A stretch of 64,000 nucleotides of DNA from Marsupella aquatica. Its lineage: Eukaryota; Plantae; Marchantiophyta. Both the position numbers and the translations under genes were made by a program. The stretch spans positions 27,352,210 to 27,416,209 of the forward strand of contig OZ316893.1 of assembly GCA_973895155.1 (NCBI GenBank), given 5' to 3'. Each line of letters starts with the position of its first letter. The stretch's first letter is position 1. Below are positions 52,584 through 64,000 of the stretch, piece after piece. The notes beneath the pieces are model-generated. The model ran no database searches. It was given only the letters and a program-made list of their open reading frames with translations, and had not been told where the DNA came from.

Positions 52584-55500
52584 CTAAGTGTACTTGTCCA
52601 TCCTTTGGAGATAACTTTGGACAGCTTGTAGAACATTTCGAGGAATCTTCAAACCTCTGCCAACCATGTTTTCTTCCTTCATTCCAGATTTAAAACCATA
52701 CATTGCAGAATTTGTATACTGCCAATGTTGAGTGTTCTCACCAAATCCTTGATCTCGTTCCCATGTCTTGGTGGACATGAAACAATTGAGATACCTAGCA
52801 CTCTCACTCACATCAAGTTTAGGGTTTAGGCCTCCACCATTCCACGGGGAACATTGGAGCATATTGTTGAGTCAAAGGAGGGTCTCTTGAAGATGCAATT
52901 GGGACTTCATGCTTAGGGTCCACCTGACCCAAAGCTCTCACCAACCAGAAATGACCTCCACCATTTTTCTTCTCCCAATCATCCTCGGGTCGAAGAAACA
53001 CAAAGTTTCCTTCGACAAATATCCTGGAGGGGAATCCACCGTCCTTGTTCTCTCTCAACTCGAGATCCAACAAATGGTGCCGCTTGATCTTCCATTTCTT
53101 CCAAGACTTCATTTTGAAGAGCTGTCATCTCTGCATTCTCCTCATCTTCACTTAGAGGACCACTCTGTTTGCATGCCGATTGGTTGACCTTGTAACAAGT
53201 GCCATGGTTAGTCTTAGGCCAAAATCCATTTTTCAATGGAAATTGATTATTTCCCTCCCCTTCCATTGCAAGCCCATTTGACAACAGCTCCACAATTCTT
53301 TCCCAATATTTAACAAGAGGAAATATTTCCTTGTATGCTATTGACGTCTCATCAATGCAACTCCTTCTCAAAAAATCAAGGTACTTGTTAAGGAATGGGA
53401 TTATCTCTTCTGATTTTTTCTGTATCTCTCCTATGGATTTAGCTAAGGGTTGTCCACTGGGTAAAAGAAGAGAATTTGTTATTGGATCAGTTGCCCAAAT
53501 GCACCTTCCGCCAACGGGAGCCCAAGCTTGCTTAACATGGGACTTATACTGAAATATTGGTAACATTATCTCTCATAGAGAAAAGAAATGATACCGTTTT
53601 TGAGTGACCTTGAATATCTTTGACCTTAAAACTTTGAAGATATTCTTTGTAAGATGCAATTTCTTGTATCAATCTTGGAACTGGATGAATGCTCTCACAT
53701 TCCCAAACCTCTGCCATTAGTGCAAGAAGGGTTGCAACTTCCTTGTGTTGAACTTGATATGATACCTTGGAAAATAGTGCATCAACATCTTCGTGCGTAT
53801 GACCAACCATTAGAAAGGACATTTGAACAGTTTCAACTACTCCTCTACTCAAAGCTCCGAGCAAAATGCCATGACTTTTTGGTTTTTGTTGTCCTTTGCT
53901 GAATTATCGATTTGCAATGTTAGGTGCCTTGGCAAGGGCATGAACAACGGACTGCCCTTCTCGCCACCCACGTCCCCTCCATCATCCTCATCCTGTCGGG
54001 TTGGGATGGTCTCAGTCTGATTGTCGGCAGCTCCATCTTCAGAACCAATATACCTATTTACTTGAATATTCTTTGGTTCCAAATATCCCGACAAAAATGC
54101 ATCAAAGTCAAGTAAGGCTTGAAAGAAAGGTCTGTGAGGTTCCCAATGCAAGCCATCAAGCATGTCACCTGTCTTGTCTCCATTGTACTCTTCAAGATCT
54201 CGAAGACACTTAGCCAAGGATGTCACCATGAAATCTGCATCTCCTGGCCAAAGGCTAGTGACACTAAAGTGTGCATATACTCCTGGATCTCTCCCGTGGG
54301 TCAACATCCTCGTGAGAACAATAGGTAGCGGCATTCCATGACCCGAAAGTGATTTATGAGTACTAATCATTTTTGGAATCCATGTCTTTGCTTGATCCAT
54401 CTTGTCGTGAATAATGCAAAGATATTCTCCTGGATGTTGCTTGGCCATCACTCGATGAGCGTAGTAAACATATCTACGTGACATTTGCTCACAAAGATGT
54501 TGAGCTCTTTTTTCTTCAATTTCAGCACGTTCTTTTTTCCTTCTCTCTCGTATCAAACTGTCTTTGTATTCACAACAAAGCGTACACTTGGCAAATGCGC
54601 CATCCTTGTGAAAACTGAAGTTTGCAAATGATGTGCTCCATATCTTGTAGAGAGTGTTATCCGTAACAGGAGGAAGCCCTTCTTCCTTCATCTTTGTTCT
54701 CACATCTTCCAAAATCTCTAACTTTTTGTAATACGCTGGAAGTCAATACTCAATGCTGTCTGTCCCATGAGCTCCTCCATAAGGCATATGAGGCATTGGC
54801 TCTGCATTTTGAGTCAAAAATGCCTCTAGAAGAGCTCGCGCATGCAAGGTATTTGACCTTGTTTTCTTCAAGCCTGTGTTCCCATGGAACCCAATTTTGC
54901 AACCCTCCATGTATCTTCTCTTGTAATCATAATACTTGGTGTGACTAAAACCATGGATGGTTGCAAATGCATCTTTACAGATGACCATACCTTTGAGAAC
55001 ATGGTGTCCCTTATCACGAACATCATCCTCTCTGTAGTGGAAGAGGTTGAAAATGTGTGATGTTTTGGACTCGCTAGACATCCCGTGAAATTCCATCCTA
55101 ACATCTTCTATATCTTCCCTTGGCATAATGAGACAACATTTATGCTTGCAGCAATTTACTCTTTGATCTCATCAATTGCGGCTTCTGTTGTTTTTGAAAC
55201 TGCCTTGGTTTGCAAGAGCCTCCTTTTCTTCTCAACACGATCAACTTGATTCCTCTTGTTGAAGTTATATGGCCTTTGACGACATCCGGATGCGGATCCA
55301 ACCACATGATCCGGATTCAGATCATCCCTATCCATTGACTCCATATTCTCTGTACCTTCCACCAGAATGTCTGACAAAATTTTTCCAGTTGCTACTAGTT
55401 TTGTGTGATCAATTCGCCATCGAACCAAACTAATTACTCCCTTATGAATGCTTGGAAAGTATTGCGATTCCATGACATCTTTCACAGCAACCCCTACATA

Positions 55501-56389
55501 GTCTTCTCCCAGGATTTCATCATCAACAGCCGTCGTTGCTTGAGGCACAGTGATAGTCCCAGTGGCAACCTTACTCGATCATTCTGAACCAATGTATAAT
55601 TCGACCAACTCTAACATCCAGTTGGACCGTTGGTAATAATCAGAATGAGTTTTGGTCGATTTTGTTGATGGAGAATGTGAGACAAAACTCTCCTCAATTA
55701 AAACGTCGTCGTCACCTTGCTTCTTAGAGGAAGACTTTCTACCTTCATCAACATTCCAACCTTTTTTATGAACATCGGCCAAGTCCCAGAGAACCCATGA
55801 GTCTTTTGCCTCTTCAATTGTTTCAGCCCCATTATGTATGTAAGGTAAAGCCTTACTACCATGAATAACATCAGTGATTTTCACACTGATCCGAGACTCA
55901 CCAAGTAATATGTTGTGACATCGGTCCTTTGGATTTACCTTGAAAATAACTCCAAGGGCTACAAAACACCCATCCATGAGCATTTCAACCTCGTCCCCTT
56001 GCCTTAGAGTGTTTGATGCATCCTCCATAACAATTGTAGGAGATTTATCCAAGTTATTATCTGGTCGAGTTGAACAACTACCAGTACTGATGCGTTTTTG
56101 GGAATCTGGAGTTATAGAGAGATACGTGCACGAGATCTCCCAAATAACACATGAGTCAATGGCATCAAAAATATTTTCTACCCTTGGCAGTGGAAATGGT
56201 AGTTTTTGAGTTGGCTCAAAAACCTTCTCCACGAGCACACCAATTCGATTATCTCCCAACAATACGTTGTGCACCCTATCCTGGGGGTTAATTTTCTGAA
56301 CTGTCCCACAACCGACATCATATCCATCAATTGTCAAGGTCACATCATCACCTCTTGAAAACCTTCCAGTCATTCTTGGATTTAGTAAC
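52584..56389 (-). pseudogene. DUF7869/Sola-like transposase B with three N-terminal Tnp1-like domains; several frameshifts and stops
   Basis: CCKHKCC; VICKDAFATIHG; FAKCTLC; IIHDKMDQ; LQIDNSAKDNKN; FLMVGHTHEDVDALFS; C-terminal FVFLRP...FWLVRAL. Acceptor TGCAG at ~56390. Confidence 0.82.
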
Positions 56390-56489
56390 CTGCACAATTT
56401 TCAGAAAAACTATCACAAATCCGAATGACGAGAATTTGAAGAGACTCACAATTATCCATACGGTCATTTGATTGCCATTCCATGAATCC

Positions 56490-57290
56490 AAACGTTGGCT
56501 CAACTATCACGCTTGGATTGGGGTGGTCCAAATCAAAACCACGAAGATTGTATTCCGAAGGTCCAATTTAAGCATCGCGCTTGAATTGGGATGGTCTGAA
56601 TCCAAACCAACCTCTATCCAACACACCCTCTTGGATTTGGATGGTCTGAATCCAAACCCAGATTGGATCCCAAAGGTCCCAATTCAACAAACGCGCTTGG
56701 ATTGGGATGGTCCGAATCCAAACCCAAATTGCATTTCAAAGGTCCCAATTTAAGCATCGGGCTTGGATTTGGATGGTCCAAATCCAAAACCAGATTGTAT
56801 TTCAAAGGTCCGAATCCAACCCACCATCTTGGATTCGGATGGTCCGAATCCAAACACAGATTGGATCCCGAAGGTCGCAATTCAACAAACCGGCTTGGAT
56901 TGGGATGGTCCGAATCCAAACCCAGATTGTATTTCAAAGGTCCCAATTTAAGCATCGGGCTTGGATTCGGATGGTCCTAATCCAAAACCAGATTATATTT
57001 CAAACGCCCCAATTAAACCATCGCGCTTGGATTGGGATGGTCCGAATCCAAACCGAGATTGGATCCCAAAGGTCACAATTTAAGCATTGCACGCTTGGAT
57101 TTGGATGGTCCGAATCCAACACACCCTCTTGGATTCGGATGGTCCGAATCCTAACCAAGATTGGATTCTGATCAGATGGCCCCAATCCTAGAAAATGGAT
57201 TGGATTTGGATCATCCGAATCCAAACAACAATCTAGGATTAGGACCATTCTAATCCACACATCAGGTCTGGATTCAGATGGTCTAACTCC
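56490..57290. repeat. Array of 21-bp hairpins GGATTCGGA-TGG-TCCGAATCC, mostly ~66-bp period
   Basis: Read directly; lies upstream of, or in an intron of, transposase B. Confidence 0.9.
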
Positions 57291-58141
57291 ACAATGAAGA
57301 TTATGTTGAGATGGATATATTGAGATTGAGATCTCTTCCTAATCAAATTTAGACATTCCGGGTTTTTTGGAACATTGGGTAATTCGTGAAACAATTATTG
57401 GGAAGTCACTAGAATGCAGAACAAAGTGAAAGGGTTCGTCTCTCTTCCCTAAGAACTCAAAATAAGCAAAGCGAATAACACCACAACTCACCTCAGCAGT
57501 CTTGTTTTTCCAGTATGTCCCCAAAGTTGGCTCTGCTACCTCTACATTGATGAATAAGTTCATATCAAACTGACTAAGAAAGCTATCAAAGCCACTTCAA
57601 GTCTAAACTCCATCAGAGAGAAGAGCTGAGGAGGAGTTGCCCAGACCTGGATGCCCAAGTGAAGATATGAAACTCAAACAACAATGATGTCTATAGAGGA
57701 CCTCTTATACTCGTGGGTTGGTATGTTCGGCCCTGAATGTGCGATCCGATAAGGTTGAGGCAACACCGAGTATCGCGGTTAGAACAATCATCCAATCCTT
57801 TTTCAATCCATTGTGTCAGACAATACAGCTAGCATCCCACCCAAACTGATAGGACCAGATCCCTTCTCGGTCTCTATCCGTATAGAGATCATCCGTACAA
57901 CGATCATCCGTACGCAAACAAGCCTTTCAGGAGGGGGTAAATGGAGGACGAGGTCTTCCACAGACCTCATTGTTGTTTGCTCTCAGTCGCTCCTCACTCT
58001 CGCTCCTCGCTCTTGGCTGGCTGCCGCCGATATCCCTTGCCCTTGCCCTAATTGCCTTCTTGCCCTAATCTGTTGCAACACCCTAGATCTTGCCCATCTT
58101 GACGTGTCCTCAATATATCCTGCCATGTGTCACTCCTAAAA

Positions 58142-58833
58142 ATGGAAGTTGCCAAGAAAACCGTCATCATCCTGCTCGCCGAAGAATCTCATGACTTGGA
58201 TCTCTCCTCTGTCGATGATCTTGTGGCCCTAGCACTTGGAAATTCCCAAGAATTTCAATCACAAGTCCAAAGTAAGTTTCTGCAGGTTTATTCATGCATC
58301 TTAAGTTGTTGGATTCGGATGGTCCAAATCCAAGTGGGTTGTTTGGATTCGGACCATCCGAATCTGACTGGGTTGTTTGGATTCAGACCATCCGAATCCG
58401 ACAGGCTTGATTGGATTCGGATGGTCCAAATCCAAGAGGGTTATTTGGATTCGGACCATCCGAATCCAAGTGGGTTGTTTGGATCCGGACCATCCGAATC
58501 CGACAGGCTTGATTGGATTCGGATGGTCCGAATGCAAGAGGGTTGTTTGGATTCGGACCATCCGAATCCAAGTGGGTTGTTTGGATTTGGACCATCCAAA
58601 TCCGACAAGCCTGTTGGATTCGGATGGTCCAAATCCAAAAGGGAGGTTTGGATTTGGATGGTCCGAATCCAAGAGCCCTCAATCTCACTTTGACAGTGAT
58701 TTCTTGAAACAAATTTCATGGATTTGAAGTCTAATATGAATTTACACTCTCCAATGCAGAGAGTGATCTGGTGAATACAACTCTCGCCATTTCAGAGGCA
58801 GACTGCGACGATGGGCTCATTTTGGAGGACCAT
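58142..58833 (+). pseudogene. 5' end of the MTase2 gene: exon 58142-58271, intron, exon 58760-58833, cut at the inversion breakpoint
   Basis: MEVAKK...QVQ, phase-1 GTAAGT...TGCAG intron, KSDLV...GLILEDH. The final CAT codon equals the reverse complement of 2400-2402, which continues VPEEKDVLEG in frame. Confidence 0.75.
58311..58670. repeat. About 11 copies of the same 21-bp hairpin at 34-bp period, inside intron 1 of MTase2
   Basis: Starts at 58311, 58345, 58379, 58413, 58447, 58481, 58515, 58549 and onward. Confidence 0.92.
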
Positions 58834-61800
58834 TGTCTGGGGGAAAAATGTGGTTCTTGAGGAAGCACCGGGCCTATGGCTGCTAGTGTCAAGAGAGAAC
58901 TTAAGTTAAGATCATGATTACTATTCTAGACTGGGTAGCAGACACCACAAGGAACGGTCCCGTGGATGAAAGCACAACATCATAACCCTTTTCTCCATAC
59001 CTACGGACTATTGCCTCCTTGGCAGCTACCTTGGGTTGAGTTACAAAACGAATATCTCCCAACGAGAAAGAAACGGGAGGCTCATCGGAGGGAGGTTTGT
59101 TGAGATCCATCTCAATACAAGATAAAAATTGTGCAAGCCCAATCCTGCCCGTAAACTACATAAGGGTATACAATTGGCTCTATTGAATTTAATACCGCAG
59201 TTACAAATGCTTCTCCAAAGTGAAAAATCATATGCTGGCGCATTATCTCTTTTTGGAGTACATGAATTCTAATAAGGAAAGGATTAGGGAGAGGAAGAAT
59301 AGGTACTGGTCTGGGCATTATCGTACTATCAAATATTCCATCCAACTAATTTTCATTCTAATGACAGGAGATAGAATCATTCAACAAAAAGATCATCCAT
59401 TTCAAACAAATATCATGCATTGAGTTAACTCTAAGTATATACATGCAGATATTTATCTTAATAGGTTGATCTTCTTTTGAATGAAAATACTATCTGAAGG
59501 TCCAACTCATACAAAATACCTCTGGCCGAGCCAAAGCTCTAAGCAAGAGTGCATGAGTGGGTCTACTTCATAAGGATTTCACCCAAAAGGGAGCATATGA
59601 TGTCAAGGCATTGTTGAGCACTTTCCAACTCTTTAGAACTTAATAACCATCTCCTATCAAATGACAACACTTTCTGAAGGTCCGACTCATACAAAATATC
59701 TCTGGCCGAGCCGAAGCTCTAAGCAAGAGTGCATGAGTTGGTCTACTTCATAAGGGTTATATTCATAGAAGAGATCATCAAGTCCAATGGATTTTTAAGA
59801 CTTCACAACTTAGTTGATGAAAAATGGGGAGTGAGGGGAGAGAGCCCCTCTCCTCTTTATTTATAGTGTTCACACCTCAAGCACACGGATCAAGCATGGC
59901 ACACGGATGGAAGCCATGTGTCACACATCCAAGGCAAGTAAGTGTGCTAGTACTGTAGTTACGTGAGTGGAGCAACTATAGACAGTACACTGTAGCATGC
60001 ACACTGTAGATCGTACACTATAGCATGCATACTGTAGATTGTACACTGTAACATGCACACTGTAGATCGTACACTGTAGCATGCACACTGTAGATCATAC
60101 ACTGTAGCATGCACACTGTAGGTCTTGCACTGTAGCATGCACACTGTAGATCGAACAATATAGCATGCATACTGTAGACCGTGTACTGTAGCATGCACAC
60201 TGTAGGTTGTGCACTGTAGCATGCACACTATAGACTGCATATGCGAGAATTTAAACTACTATCCTATACTACTAAGCTATACTTAGGAGGAACTTACTAA
60301 ACAAAGAATCCCCACGACACCGTCGTCTGGTGTTCTAGGTAGCTTTTTTTCAATGTTTGGCTCACTTTCTTCAGGCTCCTCCTGGTCATCAGTATCCACA
60401 TAAATGCTAGTACCAATGACTCCCAACTGCCCACCAACCGGAGGCTGAACTTCTTGTCCCTGGCCACCTTCACCGGACACTTGTGCTTCATTGTATAGAG
60501 TCCAAACAGATTCCAATGTCATAATCCGACTCCTCAAAAATTCTACCTGAGTCTCACCTTTGTCAACAGCACACCCATTCCGAGAGTTGAGAAGTGCAGC
60601 CACCAATGTTGACCCGGTTCCACAACAAAGGTCTACCACCCAGTCCCCTTTCTCACTGAAGTGATTAACAAACCAATCACCCAATGCAATTGGTTTTTGG
60701 TAAGGGTTTACAATAAACCCTAATGGACTCACAGACTTTGTAGTAACACAGGGAACTTTCACAATGTTCACCCTGGACTCATCAGGAGCAAAATTGTACA
60801 TCTCCTTCTTTTGGACTCCATCCTCACTGTAATAACCAATTGACCAGTTCTCAAAGGCCCAAGCTAGCCTTGGCCCAGAAGGGTGCTCATGGATGTTTGT
60901 CTTCTCCCATATACCGGCCTCAACTCCGCAATTGCAAACCTTCTCAAGTGCGCTCATAACGCTATTTGTCTGCTGCAAGGAATGGATCACAACAAACCTC
61001 CACATTGGAGAGGTGGTGATTTTAGCAAAATTAGTAACCATCTCATTTACATCCTGTTCAGTGAAAGGTTCCTCGTCAAACTGAGAACCAGGGGCATTGA
61101 AACCGTACGGGATGTCTGCAATTGCCAAAGTAAAATGTTTTGGCTCTAGAAAGGTTTCTAGTTTCCGAATATCTCCAACATGAAGAGAATATGAGAATGC
61201 GTCTCCATTTGCATTCTTCCATTGATGTTGAGATGAAGCTGTAGCAATTGATGAGATATTCAGTCTCCGATTGTGTTTTTCAATTGCTTCAAGAACATAG
61301 TTCTTGAAGACGTAGGGGATGTCGCATGAAGGAATCTCGACCTCCACGCCCTCATCAAATTCATTTCCAGAAATGACTTTTTTCTTCCTCTTTGAACTGA
61401 TTTTGAACTGCACATTAAACAAAACTCTTTGTAAGATTTCCAAACACAAATTTCAAATGCCACCAGTGATACAAGTAACACTACCTGCATTCAATATCTC
61501 AAATGTTTGCTTTGAATATATATAACTGAAAACAAAAAGCCATAAGGACATTGTGCTTACTGCTTCTGTGAGCTTTTCGCACCAAGTTGAAAGGACTTTC
61601 ACATCGGTTTCCTGGGGAAACATTTCCCGGCATGTTGCCCAATCTTTTTGACCAGAAATCTGCAGGAACAATTTCTTTACCTTTGCCAACTTCTTAAGTG
61701 TCTCACCTTCTTTGAACATTTGTTCTAGAGTGATTTTCTTTCCAATTACTCTGTTTAGGAGTCGCTTCACATGCTCCTGATTGGAAAGCCCCTGGAGAGC

Positions 61801-61920
61801 TTTGAAGACCCTCAAATTGAAATGCCCAGAGAGCTTGTTCATTTTGATTTCACTTGCTCTCAACGGTTTAGGTTTAGCTTTTGATTTACCTTTTGATGTT
61901 GCTGACGGCTGCTTGGCCAC
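58833..61920. repeat. Right arm of the 3.05-kb inverted duplication
   Basis: Reverse complement of 2402-5455. Confidence 0.95.
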
Positions 61921-63778
61921 GATTGGCTTTGTTTGACCAAGGATCTCAAACTTTTGCCACATAGAGAAAATTTTATCTTGGAGCTCCCAAATCTCCCCAG
62001 ATCGAAAGGCAATCTGAAATGTAGGGTCATGTTTGGCCATTGAGTCACGAACACCTGGAGTGTAATCAAGCATACATTCCTTACAACAAGCTTCTCGCAC
62101 CTCTTTAGTTGACCCCACATTCATTTCCATGAAAATATTGTGACAGGCACAAACTTTGTCAATCGATGTCATGGTTTTACGGTACTCCTGGTCGTAGTTA
62201 TGCTGGAAAGCCAGCATCCTGATCTCATGTCTCGTTAGACCAGAGTAAACCCATGCCTCAATCTCACCGTACACTTGCTTTCCATACATTTTGAAAAGTT
62301 CAGCCTTTGCACGAGCTCCATGATTACCGCCAATCACTCGATACTTCCATACCCTAGATTTAGTAATGTCCCACTCATGAATTGTGGGACAATCTGTTGG
62401 ATCAACTACAACAACAAATGGAGCCGTGAAGTTGGAAGGGTTTTTCATGAGCAACATTTTGATGTTCTCTACATGTAGCCAATCTACAGGTCTAACTAAA
62501 GTTGAATTCTCACCCTCATCTTCAAAAATGAGATTATTGACATGCAGAAGCACACTGGTCCTCTAGACTCTGCGTTCAAGCATGAGCTTTGCAAGTTCAG
62601 CCTTGATGGCATCTGTCTCAAATGAAGCCAACGGCGTCTCTTCTTCCTCATCTCCCTGAAAAATAACATGGCTTGCAATGAATTTTAAGAAGAATTCAAA
62701 ATGCAAACCATTTTCATTATTTCAATGCAATGCGCGATACAAGTATCGCTCCCAACATTCATTTTTGCTAGACAAATAAACTTACCAGGGGAATGCTAAC
62801 AACAGCTGAGGTTGGACCTGAGGTAAGGGGTAATCGTTCTTTGGATTGATGCATTGACACAGCTGGAGTGCTTATTGCACCACTTGAATCTGCAGCTAGA
62901 GCTACTCCTGTGCCTCCAATCCAACCAGTCCTCTTCTTCTTTGCAAGTGAAGTTGATGGCGATGGAACCTCTGCCTCGACAGGTACCAATTCATCCACAA
63001 CTCCCCTTCCACAACCTCTTCCACGACCACGACCTCGACCACGACCAACACTTGCAGTAGCGCTTGGGCTTGCCTCTACAGATTGAGGTGCTTCACCTAG
63101 AATCACTCTCATGGTAGCTTTTACTTGGGAATTCCCTTTCCCATGTCCCCCGCTCCCACTAGCACAATCAACTCCTTTTGCAACTGAAGATGTGCCACTC
63201 CCGCTAATGGTTGGCTTCCTTACTTTGATCCTTTGTGTGGGTTTAAACTCTTCACCCACGAGTCTCTTATACTCTTTTTGGACAAACGGCAGCATCAAAG
63301 GACTCAAATCATCCACAACATTAGCAACCCACTCAGGCTTGAAGATCTCCATCTCAATTGTACTCGCAACTTCCTTCACAATAGGGTCTTCGGGAAATTT
63401 GTCTAATGTTGAGAGATCATACAAATCCATGTCCACGACAAGGGCCACAAAACCCTTGCTTCTACACATTGTGAGGAAGCTCAATCCAATAGCGATAGAG
63501 TTTTCCTTCCCATGACCCTTCTTAAAGTCACATGCGGCAACCCCAATTACTGGACCAAAGGAGAGTGTAATCTTCTCTGTTTTCTTCACTTGAACCCAAA
63601 GAACGGGTGTCTCCCAGTCAGCTGCTTCCTTGGACAGCATTCGAGTATCCCGAAAGTACCAAGGTCTCCTCACAAACTTTTGTTCATCACAAATATCTTT
63701 TGTCGTCCAAATCACATTACACAAAGTTGTCATGAGGTTCTCGATCTCAACAGACCCTGTCCTTGCACTTCCTTCCAT
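60283..63778 (-). pseudogene. Full-length ParB-MTase1 gene, join(63778-62786, 62655-61561, 61407-60283), ~1070 aa, one in-frame TAG at 62563-62565
   Basis: N-terminal domain with RG repeat and KKKR; ParB/Srx-like LVRPVD..HVENIK...YRVIGGNHGARA...AWVY...LAFQHN; helical linker; MTase with DIPY and DLCCGTGST. Both introns are GT-AG, phase 0. Confidence 0.85.
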
Positions 63779-64000
63779 TGTTTTCCTTTGGCAGATCAAA
63801 TTTGAGATCTACACTGCTTGATCAATCCCACGAGCGATACAAGTATCGCGCTTTGCTTTCTTCTGAATACGGCATCCAAGTTGCTTTCTATTGGGTCCAA
63901 GAACCTTGAGCAGTGGCGTCTGTTGGGAGCTGCTATCGATTCTCATGCGGTTCTAATCCAGCAAGGGTCAAGGCTATCGTTGTCCATCTGCACAATGACA

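Noticed and set aside
58311-58670. CRISPR-like look of regularly spaced palindromic repeats
   Set aside because: Spacers are only ~13 bp and are themselves repeated, there are no cas genes, and the array is inside a spliceosomal intron.
2402-61920. 3-kb inverted repeats as giant TIRs of one 59-kb element
   Set aside because: The arms start in mid-exon, have no TSD, and each has one native continuation. A staggered inversion explains them fully.

Overview
Eukaryotic, most likely land-plant, heterochromatic DNA. It has GT-AG introns, CACTA, Copia and Gypsy elements and one ordinary host gene, a 2OG-Fe(II) dioxygenase at 45041-46463. I cannot name the species. Removing insertions by their target-site duplications (TSDs) resolves most of the window. 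(1) CACTA-1 (5520-22157, TSD CAA) carries an EDM2-type PHD-finger module. (2) CACTA-2 (24783-34509, TSD ATT) has an apparently intact transposase gene with a SET-domain exon inside its first intron. (3) A solo LTR spans 34620-37154 (TSD TGATA). All three sit in an older unit that pairs a DUF7869/Sola-like RNase-H-fold transposase gene with a spliced gene for a ParB/Srx-fold + beta-class amino (N6A/N4C) DNA methyltransferase (MTase) fusion. A second, highly diverged unit with the same two gene types is also present. Its MTase-like gene was cut by a ~56-kb inversion (breakpoints ~2401 and ~58832) that left a 3.05-kb inverted duplication, and the two halves rejoin in frame. The best candidate for a new system is this putative DNA-transposon family of DUF7869 transposase + ParB-MTase, each member with its own palindromic DNA motif. 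All domain calls come from reading motifs by eye, not from database searches.
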